DNA of 64,000 bases from Octopus bimaculoides (GCF_001194135.2 NC_068982.1:113602112-113666111), one strand, 5' to 3'. Shown: positions 33,636-47,085, counted from the first letter of the stretch. Translations and numbers: made by a program. The notes: a model not told the origin generated them from the letters alone.

Positions 33636-35385
33636 TCTATATATATAAAAATGAGTCTGTGTATGTGTAAACCCACATAACTTCTGAAGTTCTCACAACT
33701 GTTCTCCATATTGGGAACATACATTACTTATGTTCCAGAGATGATTTTAGACTCTTAAAAGTTTTCACATAAGTAGTGGGCCTCTTAGGAGCAGAAAACA
33801 CCCTTTCCTGGGCTACATAGAGAAAGGAGGTAACTCTTTGTGAATGCTTTTTTCATCTTTTTAAAATATTGATATTAATTAATGTTTTTATTGACAATTA
33901 ATTATTAGCAGTGCCATCTCAGTTCATTGTATGTATTTCTTAAAATTTGCTAAGATATTGATATTATGTACCTTTTTTTCTTGTCATTTCATTACTAACG
34001 TACAACTGTCATCTCATTTTATTACATCATATTTCTTGACACAATGTCTCCAAAGAGGAGATCCTCTATTGGTCGAAAAATTATCACAATCTCAATTGAC
34101 TGTGTGACAAAGCAATATTGGCTCAAAAAAAACAGCACTGTAAGTAAAATTAATAAGCAGTTGCTGCAGTACCTTCCTGAAAGTCCGCACATCTACAAGT
34201 CAGTTGATACAATCCCAGATCCAGAAGAGGTGGTAAATTATCCAACTGAATTTCTCAATTCATTGGAGCCTCCAGGAGTACCTCCCCACAGATTGGCACT
34301 TAAAGTGGAAACTCCAGGAATTTGGATCCACCAACACTCTGCAATGGGACATGCTTGGTGGTAAAGAAGATGATGCTACATATTAATGAGGTTACCATTC
34401 TCTCTGGATGTGAAAAAGGAGAGGACATTTTCATATCCAGAATTCCTATCTTTCCATTGGGAGCAGAAATTCCTTTTTCATTCAGAAGAGTGCAATTTCC
34501 TATTTGTATCAGCTTCACAATGTCTATCAATAAATCTCAGGGTCAAACACTATCTGTGGTAGAACTTCACATGCTTCTCACACAAGCAATAAATGTTGAG
34601 TGCTTTAGAGTGGGAAGCAAAAAAAAAAAATCTAATTGTACTTGTTCCACAAGGGAAAAACAAAGAATATTGATCCCCAAGCGGTTTTGTAGGAATTACT
34701 ACATCCTATGATGCACTCCAGTATCCACTGCTCTTTGTGAATGGTGAAGATGGATACCATTTCGGCATAATACCAACAAACCCGAAGACTGCACCAACAA
34801 AGCAGTTTCCTGCATGGACCTCAGTATCAATGCATATTCTCCAATTACTCTCACCAACCATGCAGTAAGCCATTACGCCACATTTTTTTAAGTATTTCGT
34901 AACTGCATATTCTCATGTGACTGCATAGACTCAGTTTATGTTTCTTATTCTACAGCCACACCAGCAATCCAATGTCAACCCTTCGCCTTCTGCAACATTT
35001 CACTTTCCCGTTGCCGTTTCCCATTGCAGCCCCTTTCCGGAATGTAACCACTTACATACAATATCTCCATTACATCTACATTCATTCGACTGTCAATCAT
35101 ACAACAGGTCGTGTTAGACGCAAAAGAGAGTATATTCACTGACAGCTTTTCAGCGTGTTCAAAAATCACATACTCTCCCCACGCCCCATCAATTTTACAT
35201 GACAAGTTAGGGCCTGGAATCCACCAAACGGACGCATGACATGTCTCTTAGTTGAATTAGCCCATCATTTACTCCACAAATATTTTGTCGTCAAGGCTGC
35301 GCTTTCCCGTATCACGTTTCAATATAACTGTAATATATATACAAACTATGCCTTAATTCTGAGCAATGCTGAGTATCTCTGTTAG
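33636..35385 (+). mobile_element. Non-autonomous Helitron with scrambled RepHel fragments
   Basis: A|TCTATATATATAAAA 5' end; ...ctgagcaatgctgagtatctctgTTAG|T 3' end; helicase YPTEFLNSLEPPGVPPHRLALK, LCNGTCLVVKK, FRRVQFPI...SINKSQGQTL; then YDALQYPLLFVNGEDGYHF. Confidence 0.9.
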
Positions 35386-37079
35386 TTATACATATTACTG
35401 AACTGCTGGTAAAGATTATTCGTTGACCTTTTTTTCTGTATATAAAAACCTATGTTTATTGATGAAGTAGTTTCATGTTGTGATTGATTAGCTGAACAGA
35501 TTTAATGAGATCACAATCGCCGCTAACAAAGATATTTTCCTTTCAGCACAAGAATTTAACTTAAACTGGTTCTTAATTTAAGGACATTTTTCGTTTCTTT
35601 TCGAGTTGCTAACGAATGCCGCTAGTTTTTCCTTTTCTCTGTCTCTAACTAGGAGAAAAATATCAATTCATTAAGAATTTTTTGTGTACGTCATTCAAAA
35701 CTGTAACATAAATGACTTTCGTTAAATCCATGCCACTTGAGTTACAATATTCCTAATCAGAAAAACATGGACTAACAAAAAAAAACATGTCCATTGATGA
35801 TCTTATATGTTTTTAATGTTATGTTTTATTTTTATTAGTCTGGTATATGTACTTCTTATATATTCTCCGGTTCGCCCATATGCTTTCATGGTGCGGGACC
35901 GTTCTGTAGCGACTGGTATTATAACTGCTGAAGTTATGATCTGCCCGTCAGTCAACAGCTGAAGTTGGAAATGCCTTGCAGTGTTATTTCTGTTTAGACA
36001 GTAAATACATAGATCCAAATATATGTAGCATTAAAAATAAATGCAATAGAGACTAGACAACCATCTGGTGGCTATATGGTCGATAAAACATTTTTAGATG
36101 TTTTCTGATTAATGATAACGGTGTTTGTGGATGTAAGACTTCAGTGAACTAAGTTTTACTACACGGTACGAAATACCACTATGAATCTTGTTTGCTTTTC
36201 TAACTTCATTAATGATCCTCTCAAAGCTATTTGGGTGCTACTGTGCATCACAGAACCTGTAATTCGTTTTACTTTGTGGGTACTGTATCTATTAATTATT
36301 TACAACGAGCGTTAAAAATATAGTAAAATAACACTTAAGGCGAAAATTAAATTAAAAAAATAAACTGTGTATATCAATGCAGAATAATGTAACAGACATA
36401 GGTTGGTGTAAATAAATGTAAAGTTTGCTAAATGTCTTGTATTTACGAAACTTATCCTGTTTGATGATTCTTCGATTCTGCACTGATGTTGTGAAGATGC
36501 CCTAATAGCTCGTATTGGAATCTTTTCAAAAATAGATTTAAAATTTTATTTGTACCACCCTAAAATACTTCTGCTTTCTGTCAGAAGTTGTGACTGGCAA
36601 ATAGTATCGGCAATTTGAAAAACCAATGGAAACATTACTTGGTGAGGTGATTCTGTTGAAACTGATCCTATGCAAACAGCCACACATACACATTACATAA
36701 TCAGCATGAACTGTAATGGTAGGTGAAAAGAATGGAACCCGGCGAGTTGAGTTCAGATACGGAGTCAAGTATACAACGACCTTTATGTTTGGATAAGTCA
36801 CGCCTGGGTGACAATTTTTTAACCACCGAGATATGTCACAAATCAAAAATATAATTTGACATTCCTTGAAATCCTATGGAAATCCAAACATAATTTATAA
36901 TTTTAAGAAAATCTAGAAGATACTTTTTTTACATGATCTAGTCAAATCTGAGTTTTAAAAAAGCAGAAAGGTAAAAGAAGCTTCCCTGTTTAGCGACAGA
37001 CATGGAAATTCATTGAGTTGCTGCAATAACGTTTGACTTTCGAACGTAAGCTGGAGTATGTGCTGTCCGGAGCAGTCCT

Positions 37080-39561
37080 TCAGTTTGCCACCACTCTCTT
37101 GTCTTCATACCCTATGAAACAAACCAAAAAGTGTTGCTCTCTTCACATCGTCTTTTCAGTGTGATAATTATGAATGAAAATAAAGGACACATTAGAAGTA
37201 TTTTCTTGATTAAGATCGGTACAAAAGGGGAAAAAAAACTACTAATGTTGCAATGAATTACCTTCTACACTAAACAACATTAGTCATATTAGCTCGAAAG
37301 AAAGAACTTTTTACCAGCAGTATTTTCTAAAACTTCAAGTAAATTTTCACGTACTAGGACGAAATGTAGAACAATAATAAATAAAATGTAAGCTCCATAT
37401 ACTAGTTCTGTGATTGTCAAAGATGTAAGTGCTTCGTCTTTTTAATGTATAACGAAGATGGGAAATGTGGAAATGATATACAACTTGAGATGAAATGAAC
37501 TAGTAAGCAACGATTTATCCTCCGTTATAAAATACAATGACTGCCATACATGAAATAAAATAAATATAAAAGGTTACAACAAAGATGTGTGAGAGACTTC
37601 GTGGTTAGGCTGGTAGATATAGTTGACATACTGTTTGGTAGGTGTGTAGATGAAAGCGGAGACTAGCTGGTATCAGATACATCGTTGTCAGAGACGAGTT
37701 GCGTGTGGTCGGTGGCGTGTGCCAAAGTCCTAGACCAGTCGGGAACTGTCCTTATAGAGATCAGTAGGTTCCTAGATCTGGTGATTAATTTCCCGCGTAA
37801 GTCAAAAAAATGAACTGCTGCTCCAACACGATTGGACAGCTGGAAACCGACCAATACAAACAAGTTCAGCTAATCACATGGTCATGTCACCTGCTGGAAT
37901 GAAAGGGCTTGTGGAGCCGACATCCGGGTATTTAAACCTAAACAACTCATAACGAAAACATCTTACATATAATAACAGTGTGAATCACTTCTGCTCCAAA
38001 GGTATATCTATGGATGTGTAGTGAAACTACTTATCGCCATTATATACAAACAAGCCATCTTCCCCGCTGTTATAAATATAATCAAGTTCGGGCGTAGTAG
38101 AGAGCAGCCTACTGTATCCATCACGTGACTGATTATTATTTGAAGCGGCAACTGCCTCGTACCGTTCCCGCCAGAACGCAAACTGACCAATCACAGCCCT
38201 TAATAAGGTCACGTGATAGTGTTCTTCTAATGCTTTCCTGGAGCCTACCCTCAGCTATAAATAGCCTAAATTATACCCGCCAAATCGTCGCGGTTCAGAT
38301 CTCTTAGAGACCTGTTCCGTGTACCACACAGAGCAGCAGCAGCAGTTCCAGCGGCGACATCAACAGCATCTCCAACTACGACTACCAGCATCGCCGCCGC
38401 CAGTCAACACGACACTACGACTACCAGCGTCCCCAACAACGTCAACATGACTTCTACGTACACAAGCTACCAACAGCTAACCAAACTACCGCGGCACTTC
38501 TCTCTTCAATTCTGTTTGTGTGATTCATCTTCACCACGATAAATAATAGACAAGAACCTAGCCTGCGAAGAACATCTGTACTCAAGAACCCGGCTTGGCA
38601 TGGAAGCCCTAACATCACAACTAGTGATCGCTCTGCCACACACGCCTTAACTTCTTATACAGACACTTACCACTGTGTACTCTAAGAACTGGCATAAATT
38701 CTTACACGTGTTACTGACTCTTATCGAACTCTGTGTTACACTCATTCGCACTCACATACACTCTCTTCTTTACATGACGGCCTGTCTTTTATTGTGTTTT
38801 CATTATGTCGCATTCACACTCACACACAGACATACATTTTAATGCTACAATAAATATTACTGTTATTCATCTTTATCGGTTGTGTTCTATCGTCTTCATT
38901 ACTGGCATTTACGAATTCACTATGTTATCGAAGTATAACATATATATATCATTTGATATATTTTTGTGTTCGACCGTGTGACGCGTTTAAAGAAAGGAGC
39001 CCTGTTTTTCCATTCGTCACCATTTCTCCTTTTGGGTTCGCACGGTCGTTCCTACAGATGTAATTAAGTGCAATGCAGAAAAAAATTCATTTTGTCTATT
39101 TTCCCCAGTAAAACGTTTACAAATGAAATTATTGCAAGTAAAATCGTTTCTAAGTGTGACCTCAGAAATTATAACAAGGTTTTTGCCGTGAAACTCTTAC
39201 TGAGTTTCATCGAAAGATGTACGAACTTGTAGCGAGAACATTCAGCAACCACAGATGTCGCGATTCGCTGGAATGTTTGCCAAACATGATCAGCGTATAA
39301 AACCAGTTGCGACTTCGCCTGGAAAGAATATTACTCAGATAATCAACAAAATATGGCTAATCACAACTTCATGTGGAAGAGGCTCCAGCAACCATATCCA
39401 CTTTTGACACACTCCTTTCTGAGCCGCTCAATCGATATGATATGACACACGTAATCGAGACCCAGGGAGCTTTGAGTGTGTAGCAGAGAGAGCATGAAAC
39501 AGCAAAGACGACATGACAGACATACCATTGGCGACAGCAACACAAAGTTGACTTTCATCAT
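37080..39561 (-). CDS. Candidate three-exon small ORF (61 aa): exons 39526-39561, 39201-39318, 37080-37111
   Basis: Canonical sites atg|gtatgt, attctttccag|, ca|gtaaga, ttgtttcatag|; compatible phases (0,1) give MMKVNFVLLSPMAKSQLVLYADHVWQTFQRIATSVVAECSRYKFVHLSMKLRYEDKRVVAN*; no homolog recognised. Confidence 0.3.
38121..38263 (+). promoter_or_regulatory. Pol II promoter module inside the LTR
   Basis: TCACGTGA 38121-38128 and 38209-38216, CCAAT 38187-38191, TATAAATA 38256-38263. Confidence 0.6.
38849..38854 (+). terminator. Polyadenylation signal within the LTR
   Basis: AATAAA followed by T/GT-rich sequence, ~200 bp before the LTR end. Confidence 0.45.
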
Positions 39562-40041
39562 TATGGACTATCCACAGAAACACAACGACTAACAGTAATT
39601 TTGCGAATACTATTTCAATAATATCCAATCTCTCCCAACAAAAATAAGGTTTGTTCGTAAAAACCTCAACATATTTCGTCATTTCTTCTATTTAAAACTG
39701 CTGACGCTAGAAATAACCAGCACCCGATAGCTGTCAGCTCTCAACATCAATAGTCATCTACAGTTAGCAATCAGCTCGAGTTCATGTGGTAACTACATTC
39801 AAAAGCCACAAGCCTTTTTTGGACTATACGCAAATACTAATTTGACTGCAAAGGTATGAACAGTGCCTGTGTGTCTATTCAAAATTAAAACAAAACAGGG
39901 ATAATTTCAAAGAAGGGGGACGCTGTACAGATCAAATGTACACAATGGTACTCAAACTGCGCCTGTTCTTTCAGTTGTCGTGGCAATAATTGCCATGAAA
40001 TTGTTCTCTAACGGTTCAAACAGAAAAAACAAAAACATTTC

Positions 40042-40395
40042 GTGCAGGCGTAGCTAAGTGGTAAGAAGTTTGTTTCCCTACCACATGGTTCCAGGTTCAG
40101 TAGTTATGTATGGCATCTTAGCAAGTGTCTCCTACTATAACTCCGGGCCGACCAAAACCTTATGAGTGGATTTGCTATGCGGAAACTGAAAGAAGCCCGT
40201 CGTGTGTGTGTGTATGTCTTTGTATCTGTCTATCATTACATCTTGATAACCGATGCTGATTTGTTTATGTTCGTGTAACTTAGCGGTCTGGTGAAAAGAA
40301 AATGATAGCATAAGTACCAGACTTAGAAATAAGTACTGGGATCGATCTGTTCGGCTAAACCCTCCAATTCGGGGCTCCAACATGACCGCAGTCAT
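40042..40395 (+). mobile_element. SINE family A, CpG-retaining
   Basis: gtgcaggcgtagctaagtggtaag...ccgggccgacc...gaaagaagcccgtcg...catgaccgcagtc. Confidence 0.8.
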
Positions 40396-40498
40396 GCCTT
40401 AACAAATATTTTAAATCAGGAATTTTTTTCTGTTTAGCTGCACTTGCGAAAATTTCAATGTTTAATGAAAATTTTAAAATTTGGTATATTGATGTAAT

Positions 40499-41000
40499 NN
40501 NNNNNNNNNNNNNNNNNNNNNNNNNNNNNNNNNNNNNNNNNNNNNNNNNNNNNNNNNNNNNNNNNNNNNNNNNNNNNNNNNNNNNNNNNNNNNNNNNNNN
40601 NNNNNNNNNNNNNNNNNNNNNNNNNNNNNNNNNNNNNNNNNNNNNNNNNNNNNNNNNNNNNNNNNNNNNNNNNNNNNNNNNNNNNNNNNNNNNNNNNNNN
40701 NNNNNNNNNNNNNNNNNNNNNNNNNNNNNNNNNNNNNNNNNNNNNNNNNNNNNNNNNNNNNNNNNNNNNNNNNNNNNNNNNNNNNNNNNNNNNNNNNNNN
40801 NNNNNNNNNNNNNNNNNNNNNNNNNNNNNNNNNNNNNNNNNNNNNNNNNNNNNNNNNNNNNNNNNNNNNNNNNNNNNNNNNNNNNNNNNNNNNNNNNNNN
40901 NNNNNNNNNNNNNNNNNNNNNNNNNNNNNNNNNNNNNNNNNNNNNNNNNNNNNNNNNNNNNNNNNNNNNNNNNNNNNNNNNNNNNNNNNNNNNNNNNNNT
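40499..41000. other. Assembly gap (N run)
   Basis: Continuous Ns. Confidence 0.99.
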
Positions 41001-41099
41001 ACTTTACAAAACTGCACCAATATACCAAATATGAAATCAATTGGAACAGAAATTGAAGAAATTGAAAAGTAGCAGTGAAACAGAAAAGATCCTAAATAA

Positions 41100-41485
41100 G
41101 TTATTCTTTTACTTGTTTCAGTCATTTGACTGAGGCCATGCTGGAGCATCGCCTTGAAATGCTTTAGTCGAACAAATTGACATCAGGACTTACTTTAGTA
41201 CTTATTCTATCGGTTCCTTTTGTCGAGCCGCTAAGTTATGGGGATGTAAACAAACCAACACCAGATGTCAAGCTATGATGGAGGGACAAACACAGACACA
41301 CACATAGATATACATACATACGACAGGTTCCTTTCAGTTTCCGCCTGCCAAATCCACTCATAAAGCTTTGGCCGGTTTGAGGCTATGGTAGAAGACACTT
41401 GCCCAAGGTGCCACGCAGTGGGACTGAACTTGGAATCATGTGGTTGGGAAGCAAGTTTCTTATCATACACCCACACCTGCGCCTA
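41100..41485 (-). mobile_element. SINE family A
   Basis: ttttacttgtttcagtcatttgactg tail to cacccacacctgcgcc head. Confidence 0.85.
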
Positions 41486-42804
41486 TCAGTTATTAACCGA
41501 TAATACATGACATTTTTTTTTATTCAACTTCTTAAGCAACGTAAGACAATAAAGCAAAAAAAAAAAAATTAAGTCATTTATTGACAATATATGACATTCA
41601 AATTGCAAACATCTAACATAGCATCGTGACATTACATGTGTGTTCAGTATTTCTAATGTTGATTAAGACGAATATCCCAGCTGACGCCACGAAGAAACTC
41701 AGCCACAGATCTGGTTTTCTCCCGTCGAGTGGGCTTTTTCCCTCACTGGATTCGTATGTTTCCCAAGGAAGCATTGCAGGCAAATTTTTTTTATTGTCCC
41801 AATCGTAGAAAGTAGGCCAGCGCACATAGTTGTGTTCAGAGCATCAAGACTGATATGTGAGACAAAGATAAGTTATCCTCATGCTAAAGACTTGAAATTA
41901 TCCAAGTAACAAGTGGAAATGTTAAACCAAACGAAAGATCAAGTTTACCACGCATTAATAGGCAACCGTCCCTCATAATCAAAAAGTGATTGATTTTTCA
42001 AATGAAATAGAAAAGTTGTTATAGATTTAAATATATCCCGTGTTATCTATCGTGAAATTAATAAAGAACAGAAAAATACTGTAATGGCAACGAAGAGCTC
42101 TTGGCACTTACTTAAAAACATTTTAAAAAAAGAGAGAGACTAATTCTACTGTTAAATAACCAATTATAAGTAGCAAAGTTTCAAATGATTAATGTTCAAC
42201 GGTATTAAAGAAACATGAAGTGATTAATAAATAAAAAAAAAGAAACGCTAGGGTACTTGATTGTTTAGTATTTATGATTTAATTGATGTTTAATGTAAAG
42301 TCGGCTTTGAGTCAGTAGACCTACGAAGGAAGGCGTTGAAACTATGAACATACCGTCTTTCTAAGACAATGTGTCTAGATCCACATAATCTAATATGTTC
42401 TTACATATTTTAAAATAATAAATGATATGGCTGTTGTTTCTAGCAGATGACGAGATCACGTAGGGTCTAGTTGACTCGTTTTAGGTTTTGCTTTGTTAAC
42501 ATAAGAGAATAATTCTTCCATGAAAATATATAAAATCGAGAAGCAAGTGTCTTCGTATTTAAAGAACGAAAGTATTCGACAAGGAAAGTAAATGCCTGGC
42601 GGTGTGTTGTATAGTAAATACAATTGCTTTTTCTGTGGACAAAATATGTAAATACAAAGATTGCCTGAGGTTTTTTAGGTCCTCATTAAGGACCCACTAG
42701 ATTTCTATGCGAAGATATTCAAAGGCTTCTAGGCTCTCCATAAAGTGACACAACCTATACATACAAAGATGTCAATGTGTTCAAGTTTACTGTAAAGACA
42801 CTTT

Positions 42805-43085
42805 TTCTTTATTCGGCACTTACGGCCACAACACAGAGGGGGACTCTAGAAGGACAGACACAACATTACAATGGGGATATAAAACATAAAACGAATGACA
42901 ATGAGATGTTATATAATGAAGAATGAAATGGCTGCATGGGCCCTTCGCTGTAAAGACACACCATGACTACGAAGACCTGGGATGATTTTTCTTACTCAGA
43001 AACGGTGGTGGGTTAAAAGCCGAAGCGCTTCGAGGACTTGGAGCATATTTGAAAATCGGCGTAAAGATCACTGACTTGCGTGTAG
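42805..43085 (-). mobile_element. Possible LINE (Tx1/L1-like) 3' end
   Basis: rc ends ...cccctctgtgttgtggccgtaagtgccgaataagaaa, resembling the tail of the SINE insert at 20438-20575. Confidence 0.3.
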
Positions 43086-43265
43086 GAAAAAATACTATTT
43101 TGTCGATATAACAACATATGTACATTAATGACAGTTGTTTTACCGCCTACGGGTAAGTTTATTTATTAGTGTGTATATGTCTGTGTGTATATATTGTTTT
43201 TACGTCGTGTTACAATACAATTTTATATTAAACTGAAGGATTACTCAATACTTTATTCTTTATTA

Positions 43266-43377
43266 AGAATAGTGTTAACCATGACATCGAAGTTTCGGCC
43301 TGCTTAACCTTCATCACACTGCTGTACATTTGAGTTCCTCCGGGCCGAAACTTCGAAGTCGTTGTTATCACTACTCA
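43266..43377 (-). repeat. 31-bp-arm hairpin with a degenerate hammerhead-like motif (Penelope-like remnant, inferred)
   Basis: Arms 43270-43300 and 43343-43373 match 27/31; minus strand reads GTGATGA-aggttaagcaggcc-GAAAC. Confidence 0.45.
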
Positions 43378-44398
43378 TGTTAAAGAACTAATGCTGCACT
43401 GCATTTTTTGCCTTGAACAAGACAATTTTGAAAAGATAAATATACATCACTGTTAAATGTTATTGTTCAGCTGAGGATAATATCAATTTTATTTTCTTTT
43501 ATCGAATATTATCATTAACTGTGTTATGGATTTTGCCAATGTGTGAGAAAGAAATGAAGTCCACAAATATTATCTATCTATCTATCAGTGTGTGTATGTA
43601 TGTATCTATCTATCAGTGTGTGTGTGTGTGTATAGCATAAAAAACTCCTGCAGAGTAGAAAAGTAAATAAACGACAAAAAAGAAATATTCGATGACGATC
43701 ATTAATATTGTTAGCTGTCACGCTGCTGTCTTTTGATAAATCAAAATCCAGTTCAGATGTGAAGTTGGGACACACTAAACATTAGTTTTTGTCATCTTGT
43801 TATTTATTTGGAGAGTCTCTCAACAGTCATTCATTCTATATCACTGTATTTTGTTGATATATACGTGTGTGTATGTGTTTTCTTTGATATGCAAACAGTT
43901 TTATTTACCTTAATATTAACTATATTTCTTAGCAGTGTGAAATGGGTAAATAATTGAACTTATATTTTGCATGTCTTCTGAAATCAATAATGATGTTGAC
44001 ATGGAAGTGTCTTTGAACAAACCAAAATCAAATATTAAACATGGGAGTTTTAATATTTGATATTAAGATACTCTATCTGGGGTTTGTTAACATGGACTGT
44101 CAAACTCTAACCCAAGTTTTACTTGTAATATCAAATATGAAAATTGGTGTTAGCTAACACTGTTATCTTTGTGTTATTAATACACAAGCTTGCATTTTTG
44201 TTTTATATTTGAAAGCCACATTGAATTAAATTTGATCTAATACGGCCGAATTAATTATTATTATTATTATTAATCTTTTTATAGAAATGTAATTACATTT
44301 ATTGTGAAACTTTAATTAAATTAAAAAATAGAATTGTATTTTTTTACAGAATCCAAAATTCTTTCAGACGGCCGCAGATTCCCACCTTTGATTTTGAG

Positions 44399-44540
44399 CA
44401 GGCATGGGCAGAGTTTTCGAGAAGCGGGCCGCATGAGCCATGGCTCATCATTAGGCGGGTTGAACTACTAAAAAAATTTTAACTCTTTGTTTAGGTGTGC
44501 CATTCAGAAAGTGTCGCGGGCCGCAGGTTGCCCATGACTT
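44399..44540. mobile_element. hAT (Charlie-type) MITE remnant
   Basis: caggcatgggca ... gcgggccgcaggttgcccatgac termini; TSD not resolved. Confidence 0.6.
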
Positions 44541-45515
44541 AGAGCATTTCCAAATATCTTTTAGTATGAACACCATGGAAGTGTGGATTTTGTTTTGAAA
44601 AGAACTTTATGGCAAACAAACACGTCATATAAAATATCTTTCAAATCAGAATAAAGTTAACGTGATCGAACCTTATTGCTGATCGAATTTTACTGTATCC
44701 AGATATTTGGCATCGCAAATAGTTATCTGGCTTGTAAGGTATTTATTTCCTCTGAAAAGTTGATTTAACTGGTAGAGTTTATCGATTTCTGTTAAACAAG
44801 GTCGATTTTCATAGAAAATAGTGTTTATGGATGGGAGCGAAGTTGGGGTATGTACGATATATTAAATCCATCAGGGTCGCGGTTATGACTGTTATCCACC
44901 CTACAGAGATATTAATATAGAAAGTGGAAGTTTGAAACTAAAATCTGGACGAAAATTTGTCTTGTGTCGTCCAATTTCTGTTACAATTTATTAAAGATGT
45001 ATTTTTTAATACATTATATTCAAACAAACGTATTGTTGCTGTAGGAGTTGAGTCTTATTTTTTTTCTACACATTTTTAGATAGCAATTTGATAACTAATT
45101 ATAAGCATCTGCTTGCTCGTACATTCATCCTCATGAGATGGGTTTAAATTTAAACACTGACAGAGCTGATCTTTTTGGCACTTTGCACATAAATAATTTC
45201 GTTCTCTTTCGATGTAGCTATTTTTTTTCAGGTGGCAGCTGAACCGGTCTACATGTACAATAGTTTTGGCAAATATGAGAGCTTTTTATGTCAAGCTTTA
45301 GCAAAACAAAGCTACCTGTTAACGTGAAAGCGTTATTCATTCACATACATAGATACATACACACACACATACATATACAAATGCATACATACATACACAT
45401 GCGTACACTCATACGCTTATACATGTGTATATGTAGGAGAGAAAGTAGGTGAAATAATAATTCATGTATTACATTATATGTTGCACTTGGTAAAAAAATT
45501 ACAAAAACTTTACCC

Positions 45516-45972
<457 letters not shown>

Positions 45973-46429
45973 TACCACACAGCCACTCCCGCAATATTAA
46001 TGTTAGGAAAAAATCCATGCTAGAAATAGAATCAATGTGCAAGGTAAAGACTCCTGTGAGACAACGGTGTTTAGGTAGATATTTGATGAACACTCATTCT
46101 TAACCAGTCGTAGGCAAACTGCGGTCTTGAATGAGTCTTCTGAATGGCACGCCAAACGAAAAATTGCTTTGAATTCTTTTAGTAGTGTGGCTCACTTCTT
46201 GGAAAAGGTTGTCCATGGTAGTCAATGACGTTTAGAGAACAAGGTAAACACTTAATCTTCACAATGAAGTTTAAGGAGCTTGGTAATCATCTTCAAGGTA
46301 GAGTTTAAGGAGCTAGGTAAACATTCTTAGTTGCGTTTAGGAGGCAAATGACGTTTAGAGTGATAGACACTCATTCTAGACAGTGTAGTTAGGGGAGCTT
46401 CTTTTTTTATTTTGAGTCTCAAACGAGGT

Positions 46430-47085
46430 GAAAAGTCACTTAGTGTAAGGTACAATGAAGGAGAAATGAAGACGGACGGAATGAATTTACTTTAGACTCG
46501 AAAGAATTCAGGAGGAAGAGCGTTCCAAAGTCTGGCATTTCAAGGAAAGAAATGTATTACCCTAGAAAAACTTCCTTATCCATGGAAGCACAATAGCATT
46601 TGAATGAAGATGCTGTGAGTTTCGAATTGGGCAAGGTGACACAATGTGATCTGGGCTTAAGAAAGTTCATAAGAACACTTACTATGGTAGTAATGATGGA
46701 AAAGAATGACTGGCAGATTTCAAACAAAAGAGGGTCCTGTGAAATTAGAGACTCGCTCTTGAACCTGGTTGAAGAGATCCAAATGAGGTTGAGGAGATCC
46801 AAATGACCTGCTCAATAAGACAACAGTTTTCCATACAAGGATGAATTGTAGACTTGTAAAGATACTAAATGGCCTCAGATGTGAGGTAGTCCTTAGACCT
46901 TATAGAATGACTCCACCTTACAGGAAGCAGACCTACCAATTGACTGTATGTAGGAACTCCAAGAAAGATTAGATGAACTATGTGAATACTCTTGACATTT
47001 GCTTTTAGAGGACTTAAGTATTAAATTTAGGGATGAGGTTAGAGGAATTGTACTTCACTTCACTACTAGACACCTTGTCATGATG
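46430..47085 (-). mobile_element. CR1-type LINE 3' fragment
   Basis: rc contains cagactttggaacgctcttcc (frameshifted RLWNALP) and upstream degenerate CR1 C-terminal sequence. Confidence 0.55.

Larger units (their letters stand above)
37588..39056 (+). mobile_element. Solo LTR (Gypsy-like, inferred), 1469 bp
   Basis: TGTGAG...CCTACA termini with a 4-bp TSD GATG (37584-37587, 39057-39060); internal CCAAT, TCACGTGA x2, TATAAATA and downstream AATAAA; CpG-rich; no PBS or gag adjacent. Confidence 0.7.

Noticed and set aside
41613-41825. Overlapping 60-70 aa ORFs in CpG-retaining unique DNA
   Set aside because: No recognisable domain and no consistent splice partners.
44703-45330. Plus-strand mini-exon chain (IFGIANSYLACK, KIVFMDGSEVG, VAAEPVYMY...)
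   Set aside because: One implied intron would be only ~27 nt, the last segment lacks a good donor, and no homolog is recognised.
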